Position numbers and translations under genes: made by a program
The notes under the pieces: model-generated
The model's database searches: none
The model's input: the letters and a program-made list of their open reading frames with translations, nothing else
What the model was told of the DNA's origin: nothing
Shown here: one piece after another, positions 49,802 to 62,068 of the stretch
Layout of the letters: every line of letters starts with the position of its first letter
How positions within the stretch are numbered: the stretch's first letter is position 1
Assembly: GCA_965113315.1 (NCBI GenBank)
Contig: OZ220365.1
DNA: 64,000 bases
Reading direction: 5' to 3' (one strand)
Source of the DNA: Podarcis vaucheri
Taxonomy: Eukaryota

Positions 49802-49948
49802 CTGAAGAAAATGGCCCCTGAATACTATGAACATCTGCCACAGTATAACTCCTGGGTAAAGGTGCTTTATGATTTTGTGATGGATGACACTATCAGCCCT
49901 TATTCACGCATGAAAAGGCATTTAAAAGGTGAAGTGAAATTGGAGTGA
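49802..49948 (+). CDS. DEGS1: DEGS1 copy A, coding exon 3
   Basis: TGCAG acceptor; [48 protein letters not shown]; 82+743+147 = 972 nt = 323 aa. Confidence 0.96.
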   Translation: MKKMAPEYYEHLPQYNSWVKVLYDFVMDDTISPYSRMKRHLKGEVKLE

Positions 49949-50931
49949 AAAAAAATTCCTCTGCCGCCTCCAAGGACATAGACTCATGGAAGCTGGTACA
50001 AAGGTTTCGTTTGATCAGGATGTATTTGCTTTGTATCTTAACCTAGTCTGGACTGTGAATATATATGGATTACAATCTAGAACAAGATCTCTGAATTAAA
50101 ATATTGCTGGAAATAGAACATTCCAAGCTATTTGCTTTATTTTGTATAATTAAAGTTTAAAATATAACTTGCTGTATGCACAATGCTAGTATTAATGTTA
50201 CATAATGTGTTTCAGTTGCTACTCACTCGAACACTGGATTGTTCTTCAGGCCATTAATGTACCAGTGGTGTATCTTGGTTATTTTGAACTTGCTGCCACA
50301 ACTTTGGCTCTTCAATGTTTTGCTGACAAAACATTAATTTCCAAATTAAATTGCAGAATTGTTTTAGTTAGTGTAGATGCTGGAAAAAATGGCTGGCTAC
50401 AACTCCTCCTATATTGAGTTATGTCTTGGCCAATCCAAGTGCTAACCTAACTGATGGATTTACAATTGCTGCTATAAAGTATATATCCATTAAATCATGC
50501 TAGTGTTCATATAACTTCAAAATAGACAGGGATATGAATACCAACTTTTGACTGCCTATGCTCTACATTTCATTAAGCTAAATTATCATTTCCTGCAGCA
50601 GGCCCATTTCCTTGAGTATAGCTCTGCATTCCTTCTTTTCTGCATCTGTACAAAAGTGCTATGCCCTGCCTTCAAACCGATGCTTCTTTGCAAACAGACT
50701 AGATCTCCTGAAGTTTAGAAACAGAATAGTAGAGCCTATGTGTGTCGTGGTAACCATCTTGCGCTCTCTTAGCTGGGGCAAGAGCTAGAGTGTCGGTTGT
50801 TGACAGCAGGTAGCAAGTTTATAAAAGGTATAAAACATTGACTATGAGAATGCAAGTACCTCCTATAAAGGAGTATATGAAAGCTGTTGTTGTTTTTTTT
50901 TTAAAAAAAAAACCAAACTCTTGGGCACTTG

Positions 50932-50937
50932 AATAAA
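50932..50937 (+). terminator. Candidate poly(A) signal of DEGS1 copy A
   Basis: AATAAA about 1 kb after the stop codon; a second AATAAA lies at 51130-51135. Confidence 0.4.
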
Positions 50938-52440
50938 GATGATATTAGTGAAGTTTAACAAATGTGTGGAATGTTCTTGAGGAAAGCAAATTCTATCTGC
51001 TTCCTTATCTCTGGGAGGCAGAGGATTTTCTCGTGATTATGCAATGTTTTTAAAGCTGTGTCAGTTATATAGGCAGCACATTTATGCAACTTAATTAATG
51101 CGTTACACCTACAGATCCTTGCATGCAGCAATAAACTTGATGCACTGCAGTGAGGATCTTTTCATTGTCAAGGTAATTCATTACTGGTGGATTAAAGTAC
51201 AGATTTTGCGGGGGCTTGTCTTGAGTCTTGCTTCAGCTATTTCATCCAAAATTACCTAGCCTCCCTTTGTTTTAGTCATACTTGTAAAACCTGCAAGGTA
51301 AGGAACGTGCAATTTTTTAAACCAAACATGCAAGCTTCTTCAAAATTATCCCCACAAACAGCTATTTTCCCTTTAGTTGTCACTATTTCTCTTTAGTTTG
51401 GCACATTTCCCAGAAAAAGGAAGCAAGCCAGTAAACCTGTGGCTCATTTGCGCTTCAGACTGCAAACAAGCTCCTCGCTGCTCCCCCACTCCCCAGATTC
51501 CTACACATAGAAAACTAGAATGGCAGAGAGAGATCCAGGCCAGAATGTTACTCTTGCTTTTGTTGGAATAATATGAATCCTCATCTGGAGTCTAAAGAGG
51601 TGCAGTCTAAACTAGGTTACTACCTCTTCTGCTGTTAATGTGAGAACTACACTGCTTCCTAGGAGTCAATTGTGGAGCAGTTGTTTCAGTCATAATGTAC
51701 AATGGAAATCTAAAGCAGTTAACAGATGTCAACCCACTGATCAAATGGGACTCTTGTTTTCCCAACTATCAACTTCATCAAGCACCTAGTCTTGTAGCCT
51801 ACCAGAGAAACATAATGCTGTACCTTCCAGATTGTACTACAAGCCGCAGTTGCAACTGGCCGTTCCTCATCTGCAGCAGCAGTTGAAAGTCGTCTGGATT
51901 GAAGAGGAAGTTGGAGCTCGTGATGTATTTCAAGCAGAAACTGAATTTCAACTATGCCTCGATACAATCTGCACATGTGACTTGTTTTACAGAAACGCAT
52001 GCTGGCTCTTAGTAACCACAACATCCTGGAATCCTGAGAGGAATTCCTGGCAATGCAGGTAAACTTTGCTGTTATCGTCACAAGTAACTAAAAGCAAGTC
52101 AGTCCTAAACTGAAATCGGCATCTGGTCTAGAATTTTATAGATTCCACAGACCAACTGCTTAATTATCTGTTCTAGGACCTTTCCAGGTATCAAAAGTCA
52201 ACCTGACCAGTCAGTTGCTGTTATATAAATTTAATTAGTTAATAATAATAACAACAATATTACCCACCCACAGGGCGGTTTACTATATAAAGTTGTTGGA
52301 CTTGAAACAATTTGCTTGGGTCCTCCCCATGAATCTCATCCCACCAAGTTTCAGCAATGCCTGTTACATCATATTTGCCACCCTGCATTGAGAATACAGG
52401 TTAATCTTGTTCAGAGTAATCCCATGCTCTATGCGTTAGT

Positions 52441-54010
52441 ATAATAATAATAATAATTTTTATTCATACCCCGCCCTCCCCACCCAAGGGCAGCTAACAA
52501 GCAATAATAAAAACAAGTTGAATGAATACAACTTAAAAACAACATTAAAATATTGAAACATTAAAATATTGAAACATTAAAATGCAGCCTCATCACAGGA
52601 GGAGAAAGGAAAAAGAAAGAGGGGAAGGGAATCAGACTGGCTCCAAGCCAAAGGCCAGGCGGAACAACTCTGTCTTACAGGCCCTGCAGAAAGAAATCAG
52701 ATCCTGCAGGGCCCTGGTCTCATGAGGCAGAGCGTTCCTCCAGGCTGGAGCCAGTGTTGAAAAGGCCCTGGCTCTGGTTGAAGCTAATCTAACTTCCTTA
52801 GGGCTCGGGACCACTAGGGTGTTGCTATTTATGGACCTTGAGGCTCTCCGTGGGGCATACCGGGAGAGGCAGTCCCGTAGGTACGAGGGTCCTAGGCCAT
52901 GAAGGACTTTAAAGGTCAAAACCAGCACCTTTAATCTGACCCTGTACTCTACCGGGAGCCAGTGCAGTTTGAAAAGCACTGGGTGAATATGCTCCCATGG
53001 CAGAAACCCCATGAGGAGCCTCGCTGCAGCATTCTGCACCTGCTGGAGTTTCTGGGACAGCTTCCAGGGCAGCCCTGCGTAGAGCGAATTACAGTAGTCA
53101 AGCCTGGAGGTGACCATCGCATGGATCACTGTGGCCAGGTCGGAGTAGGAAAGGTAAGGGACGAACTGCTTGATGCGGCGAAGGTGGAAAAATGTCGCCT
53201 TAGCTGTTGCTGTAACCTGTGCCTCCGTGGAAAGGGAGGCGTCAAGGATTACACCCAAACTCTTAATGGAAGGCAATGGCACTAATTGGGCCCCCACAAG
53301 AGAAGGGAGTTGGTCCCTCATCCCCATGCCATCCCGACCCAGCCATAGGACCTCCGTCTTTGAAGGATTTAGTTTCAATCGGCTCCCACGAAACCATCCA
53401 GCCACAGCTTCCAACCATCTGGTCAGTGTGTCCGGGGCCGAGTCGGTGTGGCCATCCATCAGCAGATAGAGCTGAGTGTCATCAGCATATTGGTGACAGC
53501 CCAGCCCAAAGCTCCGGATAATCTGGGCAAGGGGGCGCATAAAGATGTTAAAAAGCATTGGGGAGAGGATTGCGCTCTGCGCCACTCCACACACCAAGGA
53601 GTGGCGCGATGACATCACCCTCCCTAGTGCCACCCTAGCACTATAGCCATTTACGGGCTATGCCCTGTATCCCCACATCGGCGAGGCGGTCCAGAAGATC
53701 ATGATTGACCATGTCAAAGGCTGCTGACAAATCTAAAAGGATCAGCAGTCCTGACCCGCCTCGATCCAGTTGTCTATGGAGATCATCTGTTAGGGCAACC
53801 AGGGCTGTCTCGGTCCTGAAACCAGGACGGAACCCAGACTGAAATGGATCTAAAGCCGATGTTTCCTCCAGAAACCTACCAAGCTGTTCAGCAACCGCTC
53901 TCCCAATCACCTTACCCAGATATGGAAGATTTGAAACTGGGTGGTAATTGGATAGGTCTAAAGGATCTAGTGAATTTTTCTTTAAGAGCGGGCACACCAC
54001 TGCTTCCTTC
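52441..54010 (-). mobile_element. 5'-truncated L2 LINE (reverse transcriptase domain) between the two DEGS1 copies
   Basis: ORFs 53641-54156 and 52632-53633: QSGFRPG, LDLSAAFDMV, QSAILSPMLFNIF, QYADDTQLY, SRLDYCNSL; (TAA)n tail at 52441-52456. Confidence 0.93.
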
Positions 54011-54804
54011 AGTTCCCCTGCGAATGTCCCCGTGCCAAGGGGTATAGAGAAAATTGAAATCATGAGGCAGTCCCTCCAGCTGCTTCCATACTGTTTTTTC
54101 TCCTGCGAATGGAGAGATGTTAAATAGGGAGTCCTGGCAGGTGTTATTATGCCCATGAGCCAGATGTTTCCCTAATACTTGTTTTTAGTATCCTGGGAAA
54201 AGACATGGTTGATGAGCTAGCTATGAGTATACACTGCAGAATTTTGATGCAGGTCACACTTGTGATCTATTTCTGCCTCTTTTTTGCTGAATGCATTTTA
54301 CACAGGCAACAGAGCCAAGCTTTACCAGCAAGGTATGAGTAATACAAGTTATGTTGTGGTAGAAAAGTAAACGCCTAATGCATATGGAAGCCTAGTCATG
54401 GGCTTTTACTCTCAATCCAAAGCTTTATGCTTACATCTGCAGTTAGTGAAAATGAAAGATCTGTTCCATACAACAGCTAATGGGCTTATATTTCAATAGA
54501 ATTTAGAAAGACCATGAAGAATTGGCAGAACTTGGAAAAAGTAAATAGAGGAATGTGGTGTGGCGGCGGGCAGGGGAGGTCAAGAGAAGAATAGGGATAG
54601 TCAAGTTGAATGGTGAGAGAGCTATTAGGACAGTAGAGGAAATACTATGGCTAACCCTACCCCCAGGCTCTCTGCCTACTGAATCCACCTCTGCTCATAC
54701 CCTCAATGCAGCCCTTTCTGTGTCCTTCCCTTAATATGGTACCCATCTTCATGCTGCCCCAGCACCTCTGGCACAGGAAAAAGGATAGCAAGTGCATTCC
54801 TGTA

Positions 54805-54978
54805 CAGTGGTACCTCAGGTTACATACGCTTCAGGTTGCATACGCTTCAGGTTACAGACTCCACTAACCCAGAAATAGTATCTCGGGTTAAGAACTTTGC
54901 TTCAGGATGAGAACAGAAATCGTGCAGCGGCGGCACAGCAGCATCAGGAGGCCCCATTAGCTAAAGTGGTCTTCAGGT

Positions 54979-55009
<31 letters not shown>

Positions 55010-55315
55010 AAGAAGAAGAAGAAGAGTTTGGATTTGATATCCCGCCTTTCACTCCCTTTAAGGAGTCTCAAAGCGGCTAACATTCTCCTTTCCCTTCCTC
55101 CCCCACAACAAACACTCTGTGACGTGAGTGGGGCTGAGAGACTTCACAGAAGTGTGACTAGCCCAAGGTCACCCAGCAGCTGCATGTGGAGGAGCGGAGA
55201 CGCGAACCCGGTTCCCCAGATTACGAGACTACCGCTCTTAACCACTACACCACACAATTTCAGGTTAAGAACAGACCTCCAGAAGGAATTAAGTTCTTAA
55301 CCCGAGGTACCACTG
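54805..55315. mobile_element. Tc1/mariner/pogo MITE with a nested Squam3-type SINE
   Basis: TIRs and TA TSD; colinear with 44349-44566 once 54982-55254 is removed. Confidence 0.85.
54982..55254 (-). mobile_element. Squam3-type SINE with (CTT)n tail
   Basis: Reverse complement of 31238-31481; (GAA)n run at about 54981-55025. Confidence 0.85.
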
Positions 55316-56067
55316 TACTCTATATCAATCTGCTTTGTTTCAATATATGAATATATTCTTCGAAAATCCTCACAAAGTTCACTGACCAGGGGCTTTGATT
55401 TTGTGCACACTTATTTGGAAGCCCCATTGCTTTCAGTGGAACTTATGTGCAAGTAAGCATATGCAGAATTGGGCTAGATGAATTGCGCTGATACAAGGTT
55501 TCTGATAACTCAATGCTGCAGTTGCAAGGTAAAACAGTCCCAAGGACACAACTTCCTTCAGAGCTCATCTTCAAAGCCATATGACAAGAGAAGGTCCCAA
55601 GCTGGTGTATAAAAGGAATACTCATAAAAACCTGTGATTAAAATAAAAATAAAAAGACCGCTGCCTTCCCCAGCACTTCTAATATTGGATACATTTAGCA
55701 TATTCAGGAATCAAAAGTTTTGTGTCTCTTGTAGGAAATGTTTACTTTTTCGTGCATGCAACTTGAGTAGTGCTGAAGCAGCGAAAATGAGGCAGCTATG
55801 CAAAAGGAAATGTGAGGAACAGTTCTTAAGTGTGAAGACTTTTGGAAGTATGAAAACAGGCAGGGAAGAAGTAAAAGCAAGGGTCACTGTCCTCTGAAAC
55901 TCAGCCAGGCCTCTCGTCATGTGCTCCCACTTTTCTGACTGAACCAGCACCCTCTCTCCGTGCTTCTTCAACCCTACGTCGCTGTTAAAAAATAATATTA
56001 TTAATTACAATTTGTACAGTATCATGTTAATGACAATTCATGGTATGGCATAATTGTGAATACTGCT

Positions 56068-56857
56068 GGGCACAAGATATAGGTCATAATATTATGTTGG
56101 AAGACTAGGAAAGGTTGTGGAAAACTGATTTAAAATTTACAGATTGTTCTTTGCTGAAATAAAATTACATGAAAATGATGTATAGATGGTATATAACACC
56201 AGTGCAGATAGGAAGGATGTACAAAACTACTTCAAATATATGCTGGAAATGCACAGAAAAAGAAGGGACTTTTTACCCTATGTGGTGGGACTGTAGTAAG
56301 ATTTTAAAAAATTGGGAAATGATATACAACGAGCTGAAGAAAATGTTCCAATTAACATTTGTAAAAAAACCGGGAGAATTTTTGTTAGGGATTGTAGGAA
56401 AAGACCTGCCAAGGAAATTCAAAAATATATTTATGTATGCAACAACGGCGAGAGTCTTAATAGCACAAGGATGGAAGAATGAGGAAATCCCGACCAAATA
56501 ATTGTGGCAAGAGAAACTGATGGACTACGCGGAATTGGCGAAATTGCCAAATTACGTGATAAGGACAACTGTGATTTTAAAGAAGGGGAACCTTTTACAA
56601 AGTACTTAAAGAAATAACAAAATGAACTGGACTCCTTGGCAGGTTTTGAATAAACAATTTTTTTATTGGTAACATATTGATAAATTAAGGATTTTTACAA
56701 CTTTATAATATGCAGAAAATAACATGTGCTGAGAAACCAGAAAGAGGAGCTGAGGGAAGTCTGGGCTGGTTTTTTCCTTTTTGGGGGAGGGAAATGAGGA
56801 TGATGTATTTTTGATAAAATGTTATGTTGAAATTCCTAATAGTTTTTTTTTAAAAAA
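56068..56857 (+). mobile_element. 5'-truncated L1 upstream of DEGS1-B
   Basis: ORF 56169-56501 YRWYITP...CWKC...MWWDC (L1 ORF2 C-terminus); 13-bp TSD TGTGAATACTGCT at 56055-56067 and 56858-56870. Confidence 0.88.
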
Positions 56858-56910
56858 TGTGAATACTGCTAACGTAATTTAACACCTAATAATTGAAAAG
56901 ACACCTAATA

Positions 56911-57018
56911 GTGTGAGGTACGTCACGGGAGGGTGGGGGATTTGGATTCATATATGCTTTGTGTGATAATGATGTTTCGTTTTGAATATAAAACTGTAAA
57001 ATTTAATAAAAACTATAA
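56911..57018 (+). mobile_element. 108-bp L1-like 3' UTR insertion
   Basis: G-rich tract, AATAAA and A-rich end; 16-bp TSD GAAAAGACACCTAATA at 56895-56910 and 57019-57034. Confidence 0.75.
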
Positions 57019-57159
57019 GAAAAGACACCTAATATTATGCAGCTCAAAAATATCAACTCTTTCGAAATGAAGCCACCCCAACATTTTTGCCGGGGAGGCA
57101 GAAAAATGAATGGCAAGGCGACGAGGGCAAGAAGCGGGCACATCTTAAAACTCCCATTG

Positions 57160-57500
57160 CCTCCAGGCAGGGCCGCTAATGGGCTTCTGTGACGTCACCG
57201 TTCCCTGTAGCCAATGGTTTTTGGGACGTGGGGTCGGTGGGCGGGAAACCATCCTTCCCTACCTGGCGGCGGGCGCGAGTGTGTGGAAACGGCGCCGCCG
57301 GCGAGGAAGGAGCCATGGGCAACGCTGTGGCTCGAGAGGATTTCGAGTGGGTTTATACGGACCAGCCGCACGCGGACCGGCGCAAGGAGATCCTGAGTAA
57401 GCGCGCGCCTTCAGGCCCTCCCCGCTCCCCTTTGGGGGTCTCGCCCCACACGATGCCTCGGTTGACGAAGGCGCTCTCGAGTCCCCTTCTCTCTCCGACC
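57160..57500. promoter_or_regulatory. DEGS1 copy B promoter: perfect CRE and CCAAT box, small CpG island
   Basis: TGACGTCA at 57190-57197 and CCAAT at 57211-57215, the same 21-nt offset as in copy A. Confidence 0.7.
57315..57396 (+). CDS. DEGS1: DEGS1 tandem copy B, coding exon 1
   Basis: GCCATGG Kozak; [27 protein letters not shown]; GTAAGC donor; 82 nt. Confidence 0.95.
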
Positions 57501-57645
57501 ATAAGCTCTGCCCGTGTAGCCTGGACAAAATGGCTGAAGTAACATCCCCTCCCCTGCTGAGGGTGGAAGGGGCGACGTTTGCTTTTAAGAGTGCCAACTT
57601 GAATAAAATATTTTGGGGGGAGGGAGAGGCCTGCCCACATAGGGC

Positions 57646-57735
57646 CATAGCTGGCAACGTTTCCATTTTTTTAAGGGGAATTCCCTTATTCCTAATAGGA
57701 TTCCTCGCAAGAAAAGGGAAAAGTTAACAGCTATG
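57646..57735. mobile_element. 90-bp mini hAT MITE in DEGS1-B intron 1
   Basis: CATAGCTG...CAGCTATG; perfect 8-bp TSD CATAGGGC. Confidence 0.85.
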
Positions 57736-59989
57736 CATAGGGCACACTATTTGAATGGCAGTGTCCATCAACAACTTCTTTTTTTGATATCTATATCATT
57801 TTATATTTTTAAGAAAAATCTCAAAGCGGTTTACAGAATATTAAAACATCAATAAAACAAGCTGTGGAAAGTCAAATATAGAGTATACAGCCACAACAAC
57901 ATAATTAACAGAAAACTAAAATATTATCTTAAAAATTTCAAAATAAAACATTACAAAGGAGTTCAACTACAGAATACACAAACTAAGTTAACAAAAAAAT
58001 TTCAAAAAAAAAAATGCTAAGTGAAGTCAAATATAAAATGCACATTTAAAACAGCATAATTAACAAGAGAATAAAATATCATAAGCATGACACGGCTATT
58101 TGGCAGGCACAAAAAGATGGGGCAAAAGACTCCAAATAGTTAGGGTTTGTTGGGGGGACAGACTCTCAAATATTTTATTGGGGCAAAGAGACCTCCTCTC
58201 AGCCCCTAGGAGTTGGTCAGCAACTAGCTTTCCAGTAGGATCTCTTAAGAGAGGGACGGGTGTAGGCTGGTGTGTTGGGCACACTTCAAAATGGTGTGCC
58301 AACAAGCTGCTACAGGTGTAGTATCATAGACTCATAGGATTGGAGAGTTAGCAGGGGTCGCCAAGTATAATCTAGCCCAAGCCCCTGCAATGCAAGGTGT
58401 CATTTTATCTTATGAGCGACAGAAATTGGCTGAGTGGTTGAAGTTGCCCAGACACCACCAGTTTCTTGGTGGAGTGGAAGTGTGGGGAGACCCTGTAGCT
58501 GTATTTGGAAGCTCAGCTTTCAAGCTGATCCTAGAGGCATCTTTTTTCACATGCTAAGATGTTTGTTGCTCTTAGTGAGCAGGTGAGGTGCTAGAAGAGT
58601 AGAGTGGCCCTGAGCTTTTAGTTAACAGCACGCTTCTAGTCCTTGTGGCTGCTGAGAAGCATCCGTAGGAGACAATGATCAAGTTTTATGCTGACAAATG
58701 CCATTCCCAATTACACATGTCTCTTTCCATTTTATCCGTCTCAAAATAAATTCAGAAACCTGATGTACAAACCTAGTAAGCAACTGAGTATACAAACTCA
58801 GTTTATTCTATCCAGCATCTTGATTTTATTTTTCTAGCACCGGATAGAGAATCTCTAGGTTGCCTACATCACAGTATACTTCTTGCTAGACATAGGGTGG
58901 TAGTCAACTACTTTTTACTAAGAGTGGACCTATTAACGAACATGACTAAGGTCCATTAATTTCAATGGGGTCTATTCATGAAATTTGGATCCCCCCCCAT
59001 AGGCGGAATTCAGAGTAGCACTAAGGAGATTGCTCTGTTAGTTCCATCAGGCAAGCAAAATGTGCTATCTCCCCTTTCTTCCTCCTGTGGTTCTTCTGAC
59101 CCCCAGAGCCAATTTGGGGGAGGCAAATGGGTAGGAGAGGGAGGAGAGCCTTATAGCATTAGTAGGACTTGTTACTGGCTCATACTACTGCAACTGTTTA
59201 ATTGAATCTGCCCAGAGAAAAGTTAAGAATTGAATGACCTCAAACTATATTAAAGCAGATCACCTTGGGATTGGCACGGTTTTCTGTGTCTGCTTAGTCG
59301 ACCATGCTGACTTTCATGTAAAAGTTAGGTCTGTGAGAAGTCTGCATATCTGATGCCATATTTGTTCATGTTCTTAGTCAAAGGCAACTTGCTGGAAATG
59401 AAGCTTAGTGAAATCATGGGAATAGATAGCATGGATTTCAGTGCTACTACTCTTGATCTGAATTATTAAAATCTCAGTGGACAGGAGTAAATAATTTTAT
59501 CACAAAGTCATGTTAGCAGAAATTGCCCGCACACTGTTCCAGTCACCACTGGCAGCATAAGGCCCAAAATAGTTCACTTCTACAAATGATAAGGCCTCAG
59601 TAATACAGTTCTGGATGTTGCTCTATACATACAGTTTTCAGCTTTATAGCTACAATTAAGAAGTATTTTTGCTGCTCCAGCTATTCAAGACATAAAACAG
59701 ACTCTGACTCACAGACTCACTGACTGACTAATAAACTGACATGCCTTAATCATTTATATAGACAGTGCAACTGGTTTGTCTGACCATGCACATCTTGGCT
59801 TATGGGGTGATTTATGCCCATGAAGGAAATTAACCCTTTCTTCCATGTTCAGTTCCTCCAATAAATCACATCTTGGTTACAGTCTCAAAACTATATTTTA
59901 AAAATACCTGTTCTTGCATATAGCTCCTTAGTGAAGTAGATGTCAACATGTAACTTAACTGACCTCATATTTACTGCCTTCTGGACCTG

Positions 59990-60635
59990 TCTCAAAAAGA
60001 GCCTCACACAGAGCATGTTACAGTAATCTAGTTATGAGTGGTGATCAAGCTGTCCTTTTCCAGGAAAGGGCATAGTTAGTGTAACTGCTTCTTGTCATGG
60101 AGGCTATCTGAGTCTCCACTGACAGATGGATCTAAGAACATCCCAAACTATCTACCTCTTCTTTCAGAGGGTGTGCAACTCTCTACAGAACTGGTAATTT
60201 CTCAAGATCCCATACCTGGAAGGAACTTACCCACAAATTTAATTTCAGTTGGTTTGTCACTCAGCCCACCACCGTCCAGAAATATCAAAACCTCTTCTGA
60301 TTTGGTTGTAACTGAGAAATAGAACTGCATGTCATCAGCATACTCTTAATGACCACTCCCAATAGCTTAATGTAGATCTTAAATAGTACTGGGGACAAAA
60401 ATTGTCCTGTGACACAATGGCTTGTGGTGGACACACCTATAATCTCCTAATGTCATTCTCTGAATCCTGCTCTGTAATGAGTGGAACCAGTGTGGAATTG
60501 CACCCCAGCTCATGAAGATGATCCAAGAGAACAACATGGTTGATCGTATCAAAAGTCACTGCGAGATCAATAGGGTTGCAGTCCCCTTGTCTATCTCCCA
60601 AATATGGACCTCTGTCAGGGCAACTAAGGCTGATT
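59990..60635 (-). mobile_element. Old L2 fragment in DEGS1-B intron 1
   Basis: Plus-strand GTCATCAGCATA (minus-strand YADD) and TTACAGTAATCTAG (minus-strand LDYCN) remnants; paralog of 46905-47215. Confidence 0.7.
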
Positions 60636-60879
60636 CCATCCCCTAACTTAGCCTGAACCATTATGGCAGTGGTGCTGTTGTTGTGCCTGTACTTCATTCA
60701 TGTGGATTTTACATTAGACTGCAGAGTTGTAGTAAAGCATCCTGTATGTATTCAAACTTTTAACATGTATATAGGCTTGTATAGAAAGTAGAATCCAAAT
60801 GATTGTGGCATGATCTTCAAAGAGCATTGTCTATTGACAGCTGTTATTTGAAACTTTATCTCTCTTTTTCTCCCAACAG

Positions 60880-61622
60880 GTAAACACCCAGAAATAAAAA
60901 CTTTGATGAAACCAGACTACAACTTGATCTGGATAGTTACACTGATGGTGCTTGCACAGCTAGTTGCCCTTTACCTAGTTAAAGATTTGGAGTGGAAATG
61001 GGTTATATTTTGGTCATATGTGTTTGGCAGTTGTCTTGATCATTCCATGACTCTGGCTATTCATGAGATTGCCCACAACAGTGCCTTTGGCAATTGTAAA
61101 CCTCTGTGGAATCGATGGTTTGGAATGTTTGCCAATCTTGTATTTGGCATCCCATACTCTGTATCCTTCAAGAGATATCACATGGATCACCATCGTTATC
61201 TTGGCGGTGAAGGAGTTGATGTGGACATTCCTCTTCCCATTGAAGGATGGTTTTTCTGTACCCGTTTTCGAAAGTTCCTTTGGGTTATTTTTCAGCACTT
61301 CCTCTTTGTTATTCGGCCTCTTTTTATTAATCCCAAACCAATCTCTCGACTTGAAATAATGAATTTGTCAATTCAGTTTCTCTTCGATGTTATGGTATAC
61401 TATGTCTTTGGAGTAAAAGCACTTGTCTACCTGATAACAGGATCTCTGCTTGGGTTAGGCTTGCACCCTATTTCAGGACACTTCATAGCTGAACATTACA
61501 TGTTTTTAAAGGGATATGAAACATATTCCTACTATGGTCCGCTTAATAAGCTTACGTTCAATGTTGGCTACCATAATGAACATCACGACTTCCCTAATGT
61601 TCCTGGAAAAAATCTTCCACTG
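60880..61622 (+). CDS. DEGS1: DEGS1 copy B, coding exon 2
   Basis: CAG acceptor; three intact His boxes; open frame; GTGAGT donor; 743 nt. Confidence 0.96.
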
Positions 61623-61988
61623 GTGAGTACATTATAATGTCCAACTAGCTACTTTGCTGGAGTGAAGCAACTCCCTTATAATTCAATGGATTGATATTAT
61701 TCCACTTCCGTGCCGTGATTTGCTGATGAAGGTGGGAATATACATTAAGACTAAACTCTATGTCTCCAAATTTTAAATTTGCTCCTATGTGGGGTAAACT
61801 AGTTGTTTTCCTTGCTAATTGCCACAATTCAGTGCTGGGTTGCCATTGTTTTTTGTAGACTTCTGCAAGAAAGATGCCTGCAATTCAATAGAGCTTCATC
61901 TTTGTGGAGCTTTAGGGATCTACTATTATTTATACCCTACCCATCTGGCTGGGTTTCCCCAGCCACTCTGGGCGGCTTACAGTATATA

Positions 61989-62068
61989 CAGGGTGAGTCT
62001 TTTAAAAGAGGCCCCGTGGAACATGTGCACTCTGTATCCACAGGGCCTCTTTTAAAGGACTCGCCCTG
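61989..62068. mobile_element. 80-bp palindromic mariner-type MITE inside an L2 tail fragment (about 61921-62102)
   Basis: CAGGGTGAGTCTTTTAAAAGAGGCCCCGTGGA...TCCACAGGGCCTCTTTTAAAGGACTCGCCCTG; TA on both sides. Confidence 0.8.

Noticed and set aside
51818-52081. Exon-like segment between the DEGS1 copies (plus-strand AG...GT pair; minus-strand DSRMLWLLRAS loosely like the NVL C-terminus)
   Set aside because: No convincing protein similarity, and the nucleotide match to the recalled NVL last exon is poor; cannot be supported without transcript data.
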